Source of the DNA: Cytophagales bacterium
GTDB taxonomy: Bacteria; Bacteroidota; Bacteroidia; Cytophagales; Cyclobacteriaceae
Reading direction: 5' to 3'
Assembly (NCBI GenBank): GCA_005788235.1
Contig: SXYU01000023.1
Coordinates: forward strand, 1 to 58,622
DNA: 58,622 nucleotides
Shown here: in pieces, positions 45,279-55,211 of the stretch
How positions within the stretch are numbered: the first letter of the stretch is position 1
Layout of the letters: each line of letters opens with the position of its first letter
Notes under the pieces: generated by a model
The model's input: only the letters and a program-made list of their open reading frames with translations
Told to the model about the DNA's origin: nothing
Databases searched by the model: none
Translations under genes and position numbers: made by a program

Positions 45279-45593
45279 ATGTACTCCCTTGTCGAAGAAA
45301 CTTTTGCCTTGGTCACTCAAGAGCTAGCTCTTTCTGAGCTGCGTGAGGAATTTGACGAACAAAAAGCCGTGGGACTATTGACCCAGGCGGTGCGGCAGCT
45401 TCTAGATCAAAATTTGGAACGTTTTCTACAAATCTGCTACCGTGTGGATCTTTCCGAAAACAGACTCAAAAAAATCCTTGCTGAATCTCCACCAGAGCAG
45501 CTTGCCTCAGATCTGGCTCAGGCCTTGTGGGAACGGCAGAAACAAAAAATCATCCTCAGAAGGCGCTACTCAGGAACGGAGGGCTCCGAGTAG
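45279..45593 (+). CDS. Hypothetical protein
   Basis: 104-aa helical ORF filling the gap; LLDQNLERFLQICYRVDLSE..RQKQKIILRRRYS resembles a small conserved Bacteroidota protein. Confidence 0.72.
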   Translation: MYSLVEETFALVTQELALSELREEFDEQKAVGLLTQAVRQLLDQNLERFLQICYRVDLSENRLKKILAESPPEQLASDLAQALWERQKQKIILRRRYSGTEGSE

Positions 45594-45652
45594 ATCAGAA
45601 GTCACTTTTTTCCTTCCGAGGGATTGTGTAAGTTTCGTTCAAATCTATTTTT

Positions 45653-46777
45653 ATGGCAAATCCCATTTGGATCATGACCTCCGCTTTTGATCAACTCAGT
45701 TTGGAGGGGACAATCGACAAAGCACTTCAAATAGGCGTTCAAGGCTTGGATCTTTGCGTTTTCCGCAAGGATGGCACGCGTAACGATTTTGTGGCCACTC
45801 ACCTGGATTACCAAAATTTTGGTTCAGCGGAAGCTCAAAACCTGCTTCGCCAATTTAACCAAGCTCAACTGCGTCTTTCCATCGGAGCCTTTGATAACCT
45901 TATCGGAGGAGATCCTGTCCAACGTGTCCACAACCAAAATCACCTACTCCGCTTAATTCGTATGGCCTACCTGCTTGGCGGGGATGAAAACGACGTGACG
46001 GTGGGTACCTTTGTAGGCTACAATCACCAACTAGGCAATCAGGAGGGAGGATTTGAGAAAAACTTGTTGGAGTACCAGCGGATTTTTGGCCCAATCATCC
46101 GCTATGCGGCCAGTTTAGGAGTGACAGTGGTCTATGAAAATTGTCCCATGGAAGGCTGGAGGAGTTCAGGATTTACTGGCACCTTCAACAACCTATCTGG
46201 GGTGCTGGCCGCGCGCAAACTGATGTACGAGCTCGTTCCTGAAAAAAACCATGGAGAAATCTACGATCCCTCACATGATGTATGGCAGCATACTGATCCA
46301 GTAGAGGTTATGCGACATACCGATATGGTCCGAGTGCGGCGAATACATGTCAAATCTACTCGAAACGTGTCCGACCCTTATTGGGGTAATATGTACCCCA
46401 TGCAACAAATACGTTCCGAATGGGCAGAGAAATTAGGAATTACTTCCAGTAAAAATCCATGGGATCGACACCATTACGAAGCGACCCTGCCAGGCTTTGG
46501 ATTAGGGGATTCGATGGATTGGAGATCCTTTGTGGGCTTGGTGCGAGCCAAAGGATTTACGGGACCCTTTGAGATTGAAAATGAGGCGCTCCTTTCCAAG
46601 CAAACAGGCAAGATGGCTGCGATCGTTCAGGGTTGCCGCGCTGCGGTCCAGAATTTAGCTCCCCTACTTTGGGAGCTTTGTGAGGAAGGCTGGACCTATC
46701 CAAAGTCAGCTTATCAGCCGCTCCAAGAGCTGATTCGCGCCGATATTCCAGTGGTGACCATAGATCAACTCCTGTAA
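45653..46777 (+). CDS. Sugar phosphate isomerase/epimerase (xylose isomerase-like TIM barrel)
   Basis: YENCPMEGW, YDPSH, IHVK, PGFG..DW..F, FEIENE metal-ligand pattern. Confidence 0.8.
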   Translation: MANPIWIMTSAFDQLSLEGTIDKALQIGVQGLDLCVFRKDGTRNDFVATHLDYQNFGSAEAQNLLRQFNQAQLRLSIGAFDNLIGGDPVQRVHNQNHLLRLIRMAYLLGGDENDVTVGTFVGYNHQLGNQEGGFEKNLLEYQRIFGPIIRYAASLGVTVVYENCPMEGWRSSGFTGTFNNLSGVLAARKLMYELVPEKNHGEIYDPSHDVWQHTDPVEVMRHTDMVRVRRIHVKSTRNVSDPYWGNMYPMQQIRSEWAEKLGITSSKNPWDRHHYEATLPGFGLGDSMDWRSFVGLVRAKGFTGPFEIENEALLSKQTGKMAAIVQGCRAAVQNLAPLLWELCEEGWTYPKSAYQPLQELIRADIPVVTIDQLL

Positions 46778-46791
46778 AAACCAAAAAAATC

Positions 46792-47244
46792 TTAGCCTTG
46801 TTGCTCGTAAACGGTGTCTGGCGGTAAGTTGGGTTGTTCTGCTGCGGCTACAGCCAGCTGGTCGCAACGCTCATTTTCTGGATGGCCCGCATGCCCCTTA
46901 AGCCAGAAGAACTTGGGCTTAAATTTGAGGTGGAGGGGGATGTAGCAAAGCCAGAGGTCAGGATTTTTTTTGTCTTTGAATCCCTTTTTTTGCCAAGACC
47001 AAAGCCAGCCTTTTTCAATCGCATCGACCACGTATTTGCTGTCAGAATATACCTGCACAGGAAATTCGGTGGTATTGATTTCTTGAAGTGCACGAATCAC
47101 TGCCAAGAGTTCCATGCGGTTGTTGGTAGTCAATCGGAAGCCTTCGGAAAGCTCTTTTCGGTGCTGGCCAAACTTCAGCACTGCTCCGTAGCCGCCCGGA
47201 CCTGGGTTGCCTTTGGCTGCTCCATCTGTAAAAATGACAATCAT
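46792..47244 (-). CDS. rnhA: Ribonuclease HI
   Basis: FTDGAAKGNPGPGG, TTNNRMEL, SDSKY, KNPDLW, KGHAGHPENERCD. Confidence 0.96.
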   Translation of the reverse strand: MIVIFTDGAAKGNPGPGGYGAVLKFGQHRKELSEGFRLTTNNRMELLAVIRALQEINTTEFPVQVYSDSKYVVDAIEKGWLWSWQKKGFKDKKNPDLWLCYIPLHLKFKPKFFWLKGHAGHPENERCDQLAVAAAEQPNLPPDTVYEQQG

Positions 47245-47266
47245 GCTACAAATAAATCAAGATATG

Positions 47267-47274
47267 CAAAGCTA
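47267..47274 (-). promoter_or_regulatory. Bacteroidota -7 promoter box upstream of rnhA
   Basis: Minus strand TAGCTTTG followed by CA. Confidence 0.5.
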
Positions 47275-47280
47275 GTTTTT

Positions 47281-47862
47281 TTATACTCCTGCTAATGGAA
47301 AGGCGTTGGTCTTGAAGATTTTCACAGCGATCGACAAAAGAATGATTCCAAATATTCTGCGCAGTACATCTACTCCAGTTTTTCCGAGCTTCCGCTCTAG
47401 CCAATTCGTGCTTTTCAGGACGATAAAGACAAAAATTAGGTTCAGTAGGATGCCAATGGCAATGTTGATCTGTTCAAACTCAGCTTTCAAGGTCAAGATG
47501 GTGGTGAGCGTGCCTGCTCCTGCAATAAGTGGAAAGGCAATGGGTACAATAGAAGCACTTGCCGTAGCATCGGGATCAGGTTTGAAGAGCTCTATACCCA
47601 AAATCATCTCTGCTCCTAACGCAAATATGATTAAGGCTCCAGCAATCGCAAAATCTTCAACACCAATGCCAAACAAGGTCAAAATCGACTTTCCAACTAG
47701 AAGAAAGGTGATCATTAAGACACCGGCAACGATGGTTGCTTTTCCGGACTGAATGTGCCCCACTTTTTTACGTAAGTTGATAATAATGGGAATGGACCCA
47801 AGGATATCGATGACGGAAAATAGGATTAGGGAAACGGAAAGAATTTGTTTGAAATCGACCAT
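47281..47862 (-). CDS. MarC family integral membrane protein
   Basis: LFSVIDILGSIP, F.IAG, IVPIAFPLIAGAGTLT, RIFGIILLSIAV; about six TM helices. Confidence 0.9.
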   Translation of the reverse strand: MVDFKQILSVSLILFSVIDILGSIPIIINLRKKVGHIQSGKATIVAGVLMITFLLVGKSILTLFGIGVEDFAIAGALIIFALGAEMILGIELFKPDPDATASASIVPIAFPLIAGAGTLTTILTLKAEFEQINIAIGILLNLIFVFIVLKSTNWLERKLGKTGVDVLRRIFGIILLSIAVKIFKTNAFPLAGV

Positions 47863-47866
47863 GATG

Positions 47867-47874
47867 CAAAGTTA
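47867..47874 (-). promoter_or_regulatory. Bacteroidota -7 promoter box upstream of the MarC gene
   Basis: Minus strand TAACTTTG-CATC-ATG. Confidence 0.55.
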
Positions 47875-47923
47875 AGCAGATTTTGTCGAGGACCGGAATA
47901 CTTTACCAAATGCAGTAAGTCAA

Positions 47924-48601
47924 TTAGAGGAGGTCAGCTCCGTCTTCCACCTCCTCCAAGGCTTGACTCAGAAAGTCAATGAAGGGCTTCATCGTATAAA
48001 AACCATCTAAAGCAAACTTCACAAATGCTCCTGTAAGAATGGCTTGATCTGAGATGGGGTGGGAAACGGTAAAGCTTTTCAATTTGAGGTAGTCAATGTA
48101 GGGATGGCTAGCCTCGTAGTCTCTAGGGCTCGTTTTTAGTTTTTCCCCTTCAATGCCTGAAAAGAGTTTTTTGAAGGAGGGCGCTTGTTCGATTTGATGA
48201 AGTTGCGCCCCACTAAAGTCGATTTCTTTTCGAATTTTTTTGAGTGTATCTGCTTCAGGCATCCAGATTCCTCCTGCCAAAAATGAGTTGCTAGGCTGAA
48301 TTTGAAGGTAATAGCCCGGTCCAGGAGAATTCTTTCCCGTAGGAGAAAAGTAGATTCCAAAATTAGTTTTGTATGGGTTTTTGTTTGCCGAGAATCGGAC
48401 ATCTCTATTTTGCCTGAAAAGACAGTTTTTAGCCTTAAATGCAGTCAAACTAGGTTCTAGTATGGTCATTTCTTGGAGCAGAACTTCTGCATCCTCAAGT
48501 AGTATTGCGCGGGTGCTTTGGTACCAGGTTTTGTTGGCATCCATCCAATCTTTGTTGTTATTTTCACTTAAGGCGGAAAGAAAATCGATATAGGGACGCA
48601 T
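47924..48601 (-). CDS. DUF2461 (TIGR02453) family protein
   Basis: FL..L.ENNNKDW, FRQNRDVRFSANKNPYK, AGGIWMP, LKT.PR.Y...HP.I..LKLKSF. Confidence 0.9.
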   Translation of the reverse strand: MRPYIDFLSALSENNNKDWMDANKTWYQSTRAILLEDAEVLLQEMTILEPSLTAFKAKNCLFRQNRDVRFSANKNPYKTNFGIYFSPTGKNSPGPGYYLQIQPSNSFLAGGIWMPEADTLKKIRKEIDFSGAQLHQIEQAPSFKKLFSGIEGEKLKTSPRDYEASHPYIDYLKLKSFTVSHPISDQAILTGAFVKFALDGFYTMKPFIDFLSQALEEVEDGADLL

Positions 48602-48689
48602 GGTGTTGAAGAAAAGTAAAATTCAATTTTAAGTAGAACTGCAAAAACTGGGTTGAGTTTAAAATATTAGCAGTAGCTGCGGGTCAATC

Positions 48690-48870
48690 CAACCTTTGCT
48701 GTTTTTTTTTAAACAGCGAAGGTTTAGTGTTACAGCCCCTTCTTTTTAGACCTTTGAGGTCTTGGAAACCTCAAAGGTCGTTCAACCTTTGCTGTTTTTT
48801 TTAAATAGCGAAGGTTTAGGGTTACAGCCCCTTCTTTTTAGACCATCGAGGTCTTGGAGACCTCAAAGGT
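48690..48870. repeat. Two tandem ~89-bp units (93-bp period), each with two REP-like hairpins
   Basis: Copy 1 at 48690-48778 and copy 2 at 48783-48870 are nearly identical. Hairpin A is AACCTTTGCTGTTT..AAACAGCGAAGGTT; hairpin B is ACCTTTGAGGT..ACCTCAAAGGT. Confidence 0.88.
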
Positions 48871-48878
48871 AAACCTCC

Positions 48879-50177
48879 TCAAATAAACTCTACCAGCGTC
48901 TCTAGCTTCATGCCTCGGCTTCCCTTGATTAGGATTAGGTAATCTTCCAATTTGCTGTCTTGTAGCCAGTTACGTAAAGAAAAAGGATCTGGAAAATACA
49001 AAGCTGACGGGGCGGTCTCCAGTGCAGATACGATCAATTTTCCTGTAACGCACACCTTGTCAAAGGTGAATTCACTCACCAGATTACCCAACTTACGGTG
49101 CTCCTCTTCAGCATAGTCTCCCAATTCAAACATGTCTCCCAAAATGACCATTTTGTGTTTCTTCCCGGTCATCTTTCCAAAGGTGCGGATGGCGACCTCC
49201 ATGCTGGAAGGGTTGGCATTGTAGGCATCCAATACAATCACATTGCTGCGCTTTTCCATGAGCTGTGAACGCATGTTCTCTGGGGTGTATTCCAAAATAC
49301 CGCGAACGGCATCCACCATCGGAACACCAAAGTAGGCACCTATGGTGAGCGCATTGGCGATATTTCCAAAATTGTATTCCCCCACGAGCGAACTGACCTG
49401 TAAACCTGCTAGTCCAGGCACCGAGAAGGCCACAAAAGGATCGGCTCCATGAAATTGAACCTCACAGAAATCTCCCGGAGCGGGATACAATACTGGATTT
49501 TCAAATCGAGCAATCAGCGGAACCAAATTCGGGTCTTGGGTATTGATAAATACAGTGCCCTGATGAGTCTTTAGAAATTGGAATAATTCTGTTTTGGTTT
49601 TCAAGACTCCTGCAGGTCCTCCCATTCCCTCCAAGTGGGCTTTCCCAATGTTGGTGATACAGCCGTGGGTGGGCTCGGCGATACCGCACAGCTCTTCAAT
49701 ATCTCCTTGCTTATTAGCACCCATCTCGATGATGGCGATTTGATGGTCCTTGTTTAAGCGAAGTAGAGTCAAAGGCACACCGATATGATTGTTCAGATTT
49801 CCTAGGGTCGCAAGCGTTTTGAATTTTTGCTTCAGCACGCTGTGCAAAAGTTCCTTGGAAGTGGTCTTTCCATTGGAGCCTGTCAAACCAATTATGGGGA
49901 TATTGAAGTTTCTACGGTGAAAAGTGGAGAGCTGCTGTAAAGTGCCTAAAACATCTTCGCACAAAAAATAGTGGGCATCATTCCCAGCAGGAACTACGGA
50001 GGGATTATCTACGACTACTGCCGATGCACCCATCTCCAAGGCAGTGGGTGCAAAGGCATTCGCATCAAAGTTTGGCCCTTTCAAAGCAAAAAAGAGATTT
50101 CCCGGATCAATTTTCCGAGTATCCGTACTTACACCAGTGCTACGAAGGAAGAGGGAGTAGAGCGTATCAAGGTTCAT
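48879..50177 (-). CDS. murF: UDP-N-acetylmuramoyl-tripeptide--D-alanyl-D-alanine ligase
   Basis: STDTR, TGSNGKTTSKE, GNLNNHIGVPLTL, IEMGA, AHLEG, DAYNANPSSM, LGDMFELG, LIKGSRG. Start moved to ATG 50177. Confidence 0.95.
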   Translation of the reverse strand: MNLDTLYSLFLRSTGVSTDTRKIDPGNLFFALKGPNFDANAFAPTALEMGASAVVVDNPSVVPAGNDAHYFLCEDVLGTLQQLSTFHRRNFNIPIIGLTGSNGKTTSKELLHSVLKQKFKTLATLGNLNNHIGVPLTLLRLNKDHQIAIIEMGANKQGDIEELCGIAEPTHGCITNIGKAHLEGMGGPAGVLKTKTELFQFLKTHQGTVFINTQDPNLVPLIARFENPVLYPAPGDFCEVQFHGADPFVAFSVPGLAGLQVSSLVGEYNFGNIANALTIGAYFGVPMVDAVRGILEYTPENMRSQLMEKRSNVIVLDAYNANPSSMEVAIRTFGKMTGKKHKMVILGDMFELGDYAEEEHRKLGNLVSEFTFDKVCVTGKLIVSALETAPSALYFPDPFSLRNWLQDSKLEDYLILIKGSRGMKLETLVEFI

Positions 50178-50399
50178 TTTTTTCAAAAATTTGTCACAAA
50201 ATAACGCAATCGAAGCATCTTTGTATGACCATCCCATTTTATTTTAAGCAATTCTCAACTATTTCAGGGAATAAAATTTCAGCCTATTTTCGATCAATCT
50301 GATTTCTAGGTAAGGTTCCCAACCAATTGTATTGAACTTGATTTTTTTGCTTGCCAACATAAATCAAAAACGGTAGTTTCGGAATTCAAATACATCCCC

Positions 50400-52103
50400 A
50401 TGAAAACCATTTTCTATTTGTTTTTTGCGGGCATACTTCTTTGGAGTTGCCAATCGGGTCCTGATCCAGCCGACCAGGTGTTTATCAATGGAATCGTCTA
50501 TACCGTAGACGAAGGCAATCCAAAAGTGGAGGCCGTGGCGGTGAAAGATGGGCTGATTTTGGCTGTGGGCACTACCGAAGAAATCCAAAAGTTCGTGGGA
50601 AGCGGCACGGAGGTGATTGACCTAGCCGGCAAAACCATGACGCCAGGAATCATCGAGTCCCATGCCCACCTGATGGGAATAGGTTACAACAAACTCGAAA
50701 TCGACTTGATGGGGGTAAAGACCTACGAGGAATTGATCCAAAAAGTAGGCGAGGCTGCCGCAACTGCCAAGCCAGGTGATTGGATTACAGGTAGGGGATG
50801 GCACCAAGACAAGTGGCTAAAAATGCCTGAAAAGACCGTGAAAGGCTTTCAAACCCATGATGCACTCAGTGCGGTGAGCCCCAACAATCCAGTCTACTTG
50901 GCTCATGCCTCAGGGCATGCCTCCTTTGTCAATCAAAAGGCGATGGATCTGGCAGGAATCACTCCTTTGCGTAGCGAATCACCCACTCAAGAAGTGGAGG
51001 GCGGAGAAGTTTTGAGAGATGAGCTAGGCAACCCTACTGGGGTGTTGGTCGAGCGGGCCTCCACCTTGGTGAGCAAATTAATTCCTGAAACAACTCCAGA
51101 AAAAGACGAGGAGGCATTGACTCTAGCGCTGCAAGAACTTGCCGAAAAGGGAATCACTTCCTTCCATGATGCGGGTTCTGGTCAGGAGGTCATCGACTTG
51201 GTCCAGAAGTTTCAAAAAGAAGGCAAACTGACCGCACGTATGTACATTATGCTTACCGGTAGGCAGCCCGACTTGTTGGAAGCCTGGTATAAAAAAGGGC
51301 CTATGATAGATCCCAATCACTGGGTGACGGTTCGGTCCATCAAGCTCAACTGCGACGGGGCATTAGGTCCTTGGGGTGCTTGGTTGCTGGAGGATTATTC
51401 GGATAAGCCCGGCCACCGCGGACACGAAACCTTGCCCATGTCGGTGGTGACTGAGGTATCGGAGAAGGCCTTGCCACTAGGATTCCAGGTTTGTGCACAT
51501 GCCATCGGTGACCGAGCAAATCAGGAGATTTTGGACCGGTTTGAATCGGCCTTGGCCAAAAACCCAAAAGCTACCGACCATCGCTTCCGTATCGAGCATG
51601 CGCAGCACCTGCATCCGGACGATATTCCTCGATTCGGAAAGTTGGGCGTCATTGCCGCCATGCAGGCGATACACTTGAGTTCTGACCGCCCATGGGCCAT
51701 CGATCGCTTGGGCGAGAAGCGCATTATCGATGGGGCTTACGTGTGGCAGAAGCTTTTCCAAACCGGTGCACGCATTGCCAACGGCACTGATGCTCCAGTA
51801 GAGCCCGTAGATCCTCTTCCTTCCTTTTATGCTTCCATCACCCGAAAAACCCTCCAAGGACTACCGGAAGGGGGCTACGAAGGAGACCAGAAAATGACTC
51901 GTGATCAGGCCTTGAAGTCCTACACTTTGGACGGTGCTTTTGCCGAGTTTGAGGAAAAGTTCAAGGGCTCCATTGAGGTGGGTAAAGCCGCTGACTTCAC
52001 GGTATATGACAAGAATATCATGGAAATCCCTGAAGATGAAATTCTTCAAGCCAAGGTGCAGCTGACTGTGGTGGGAGGGAAAGTGGTGTACAAGAGACCC
52101 TAA
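50400..52103 (+). CDS. Amidohydrolase 3 family (YtcJ-like) lipoprotein
   Basis: Lipobox LWSC; PGIIESHAH, DGALG, HAIGDRAN, RIEHAQ, GTDAPVE, GSIEVGKAADF. Confidence 0.9.
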   Translation: MKTIFYLFFAGILLWSCQSGPDPADQVFINGIVYTVDEGNPKVEAVAVKDGLILAVGTTEEIQKFVGSGTEVIDLAGKTMTPGIIESHAHLMGIGYNKLEIDLMGVKTYEELIQKVGEAAATAKPGDWITGRGWHQDKWLKMPEKTVKGFQTHDALSAVSPNNPVYLAHASGHASFVNQKAMDLAGITPLRSESPTQEVEGGEVLRDELGNPTGVLVERASTLVSKLIPETTPEKDEEALTLALQELAEKGITSFHDAGSGQEVIDLVQKFQKEGKLTARMYIMLTGRQPDLLEAWYKKGPMIDPNHWVTVRSIKLNCDGALGPWGAWLLEDYSDKPGHRGHETLPMSVVTEVSEKALPLGFQVCAHAIGDRANQEILDRFESALAKNPKATDHRFRIEHAQHLHPDDIPRFGKLGVIAAMQAIHLSSDRPWAIDRLGEKRIIDGAYVWQKLFQTGARIANGTDAPVEPVDPLPSFYASITRKTLQGLPEGGYEGDQKMTRDQALKSYTLDGAFAEFEEKFKGSIEVGKAADFTVYDKNIMEIPEDEILQAKVQLTVVGGKVVYKRP

Positions 52104-52158
52104 ATAGATACCAAGGATAGCTATGAAATTAGTTTAATTTTTATTGAAGACCAGCACT

Positions 52159-55083
52159 ATGAAAAAACACCTGTTCCTCTTTTTGGCATTTGCTTGCGCC
52201 ACACTAAGCCAGGCTCAAGCCCAAGATTCCCATCCCATGTCCTGGAAGGATGTGGCCACTTGGAAATCCATGCCCAACTCTGGCTACAAGCTGTCCCCCG
52301 ATGGGCAATGGATGGCCTATGTTCTGACGGGTATCGAAACCGACGGAGAATTGATTCTCCAGAAAGTAGCCGATCCTAGAAGCAAAAAAACTTTTCCACT
52401 AGGTGCCGCTAGCTTTGTCAGCTTTGAATTTAGCGACAACAGCCAATGGATTGCCTTCAAGGAATTTTCCAAATTCACGGAGAAGCAGGCCAACGAAAAA
52501 GCGAATGGAAAGCCCCTTAAAGAGAAACTTCACCTGATTCAATTGGCTTCCAATGTCAAAAAGACCTTTGAAGGAATTGGTGGATTTTACTTCAATGGAG
52601 AAGCTGCAAGTCACCTTGTCATGTCCCTTCCCAAGGAAGGAACTGGGGAGGGCAAAGGATCAGACCTTCTAATCTATCACCTGGCTACAGGCAAGTCCCA
52701 AAACCTGGGAAATGTCCGAGAACATGCGGTAAATAAGAAAGGCAGTCACCTTGCCTACACCGTCGATGCGGCCAACTCCCAGGGTAATGGACTTTACCTT
52801 TTGCAGCTCGCAACGAACGCTATCCAAGTGTTGGACTCGGATGAGGCAGGCTACCAAAGCCTCAACTGGACGGAAAAAGGGGATGGATTTGCAGCACTCA
52901 AATTTAAAAAGGATAAGAAGTATACCCAGGAAAAAGGAGCAGTACTTGGTGTAAAAAACCTTTCTAGTCCGCAAGTAACACTTTACGATCCCACTTCAGA
53001 CAGTCTTGGATTTGATCCAAACTATACGATTAGCCCCAACAAACGCCCGATGTGGTCGGATGACCTGACACGCATCTTCTACGGTATTCATCCCCTGGTT
53101 TTGGTAGATAAAGTCAAGACCAAGCAGGACCACAACCGAGATTCTCTCCGACAGGCTGAAGTGCTGTCTCTTCAAAAAATCAAGTCAGATTCCACCATTA
53201 AGTCGGTTTCCGATCTTCAAAAAGCGATTGCCAAACTCAATACAGGCACCGCTCCTGAGAAGAAGGCCTTAGATGCCAAGAAGCCTGAAATGACCATTTG
53301 GCACTGGGAAGATGACCGCCTTCAGTCTCGACAGCAGGTGATGGAAGGAATGGATAAAAATGCGAGTTTCTGGGCGGTGTACAACCCGGCCAACAAAATA
53401 CACTTAGCGCTGCAAGACAGTAGTCTCCGGGAGCTCAATCTTTTGCCACAGCAGCGATTTGCCTTAGGTTCAGATCAGCGAGCTTATGAATTGGACAACA
53501 ACCTCAACGGACAGTCTTACCTCGATTATTACCTGGTTGATTTGGCTACAGGAGTAAAGACCTTGCTTTTGGAGAAATTTTACCAACCCACATTTGCCTC
53601 CATGCCTCGTTCTTCTACCGATGGTAAAAAATTACTCTATGGAAAGGATGGGCACTTTTTTGCTTACGATATTCAATTAAAAACACACAGTAACTTAACG
53701 GAAAAGCTTCCTCTGTCTGTAGTGGATGTGGAGGATGATCGAAACCTCGCTAAGCCACTTTACAATCCTCTCGGCTGGAGTTCTGATAGTAAGTATGTAT
53801 TGATCCGCGATGGATGGGATATTTGGCAGATTCCATTATCAAGTAAAGAAGCACCAATCAACCTCACTCAAAATGGCAAAACCCAGCACATTCGCTACCA
53901 GTACCGGGTCAATTTGGATCCGGACGAAAAAGGGATAGACCTAACTAAGCCAGTCTACATCCGCCTTTATGGAGAGCGAACTAAGAAAAGTGGAATCGGT
54001 ACCCTTTCCCCTTCTAAAACTGGTCTTGCCCCTGGCCTGAAGGTCTTACTTTGGGAAGATGCAACTATCCAAGGCCTAGTTAAGGCAAAAAAGGCCCAAG
54101 TGTTTACCTTCACCAAAGAGAAGTTTAACCAACCTCCGCAAGTGTACCTAGGAGATGCAAGCTTGAGCAATGCCAAACAGGTCACCGAAAATGCGCCAGA
54201 TGCCGGAAAATTTACTTGGTCAGCTGGAGTAAAATTGATCGACTACGTCACTGCCAAAGGAGATTCTCTGCAAGCGGCTCTGTATCTCCCTGCAGGCTAT
54301 GTGGAAGGTAAAAATTACCCAACTGTGATTTATTATTACGAAAAGCTCTCTCAGAACCTACACAACTGGTCCAATCCAGCCTACAGTGGAACTGGTTGGA
54401 ATCCTAGCGTTTACACGAGCAACGGCTATGCAGTGCTGACCCCAGACATTGTGTACAAATTGGATGATCCCGGGATGTCGGCATTCTGGGCTGTCCTCCC
54501 TGCAGTGGATGCTGCGCTAAAAACAGGTGTGATTGATGCCAATAAAATGGGTTTGCATGGCCACAGCTGGGGAGGGTACCAGACCTCCTTTTTAATCACC
54601 CAAACCAGCCGATTCAAAGCTGCAGCAGCAGGTGCCCCATTAACCAACATGATTTCTATGTATGATCTCATCTACTGGAACACTGGGTCAGCCAATATGT
54701 CTATTTTTGAATCCTCTCAAGGAAGATTTTTGGGAGGGCCTTGGGAAAATTGGGATGCCTACGAGCGCAACAGCCCTATATATCAGGTGAAAAATGTGCA
54801 GACACCCCTGCTGATGCTGCACAATGACAAGGATGGTGCCGTGGACTTCACCCAAGGAATTGAGTTTTACAATGCCTTACGCAGGCTGAAAAAGCCAGTA
54901 ATCTTGGTGCAGTACCTAGGTGAAAACCATGGGCTCGGCAAACTAGAAAACCGAAAAGACTATGCGGTGCGCATGCTGGAATTCTTTGATCACCACCTCA
55001 AAGGGATGCCTGCCCCATCGTGGATGGAAAAAGGCGTGCCTAGATTAAAGTTGGGAGATCACTTAGAAGAGAGAGTGTTTTGA
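52159..55083 (+). CDS. Secreted S9 family (prolyl oligopeptidase / acylaminoacyl peptidase) serine peptidase
   Basis: Signal peptide, beta-propeller region, nucleophile GHSWGGY, NDKDGAV (Asp), GENHG (His). Start moved to ATG 52159. Confidence 0.9.
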   Translation: MKKHLFLFLAFACATLSQAQAQDSHPMSWKDVATWKSMPNSGYKLSPDGQWMAYVLTGIETDGELILQKVADPRSKKTFPLGAASFVSFEFSDNSQWIAFKEFSKFTEKQANEKANGKPLKEKLHLIQLASNVKKTFEGIGGFYFNGEAASHLVMSLPKEGTGEGKGSDLLIYHLATGKSQNLGNVREHAVNKKGSHLAYTVDAANSQGNGLYLLQLATNAIQVLDSDEAGYQSLNWTEKGDGFAALKFKKDKKYTQEKGAVLGVKNLSSPQVTLYDPTSDSLGFDPNYTISPNKRPMWSDDLTRIFYGIHPLVLVDKVKTKQDHNRDSLRQAEVLSLQKIKSDSTIKSVSDLQKAIAKLNTGTAPEKKALDAKKPEMTIWHWEDDRLQSRQQVMEGMDKNASFWAVYNPANKIHLALQDSSLRELNLLPQQRFALGSDQRAYELDNNLNGQSYLDYYLVDLATGVKTLLLEKFYQPTFASMPRSSTDGKKLLYGKDGHFFAYDIQLKTHSNLTEKLPLSVVDVEDDRNLAKPLYNPLGWSSDSKYVLIRDGWDIWQIPLSSKEAPINLTQNGKTQHIRYQYRVNLDPDEKGIDLTKPVYIRLYGERTKKSGIGTLSPSKTGLAPGLKVLLWEDATIQGLVKAKKAQVFTFTKEKFNQPPQVYLGDASLSNAKQVTENAPDAGKFTWSAGVKLIDYVTAKGDSLQAALYLPAGYVEGKNYPTVIYYYEKLSQNLHNWSNPAYSGTGWNPSVYTSNGYAVLTPDIVYKLDDPGMSAFWAVLPAVDAALKTGVIDANKMGLHGHSWGGYQTSFLITQTSRFKAAAAGAPLTNMISMYDLIYWNTGSANMSIFESSQGRFLGGPWENWDAYERNSPIYQVKNVQTPLLMLHNDKDGAVDFTQGIEFYNALRRLKKPVILVQYLGENHGLGKLENRKDYAVRMLEFFDHHLKGMPAPSWMEKGVPRLKLGDHLEERVF

Positions 55084-55137
55084 TGGTTTGAACTTAGATT
55101 TCGCACAAGACATTCCATCAAGTAACCCTTAAAAATG

Positions 55138-55167
55138 AATCCCTCGGCCCAAGCCGAGGGATTTTTT
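55138..55167 (+). terminator. Rho-independent terminator between convergent genes, possibly bidirectional
   Basis: AATCCCTCGGC-CCAA-GCCGAGGGATT followed by TTTT, with an A-rich 5' flank. Confidence 0.82.
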
Positions 55168-55211
55168 AGTATACCAAGTAGAGGAGGTGATTCCAATCGC
55201 ATGTCCATAGC

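Noticed and set aside
48690-48870. Possible CRISPR array
   Set aside because: Only two units, the sequence between hairpins is also duplicated (no unique spacers), and no cas genes are present.
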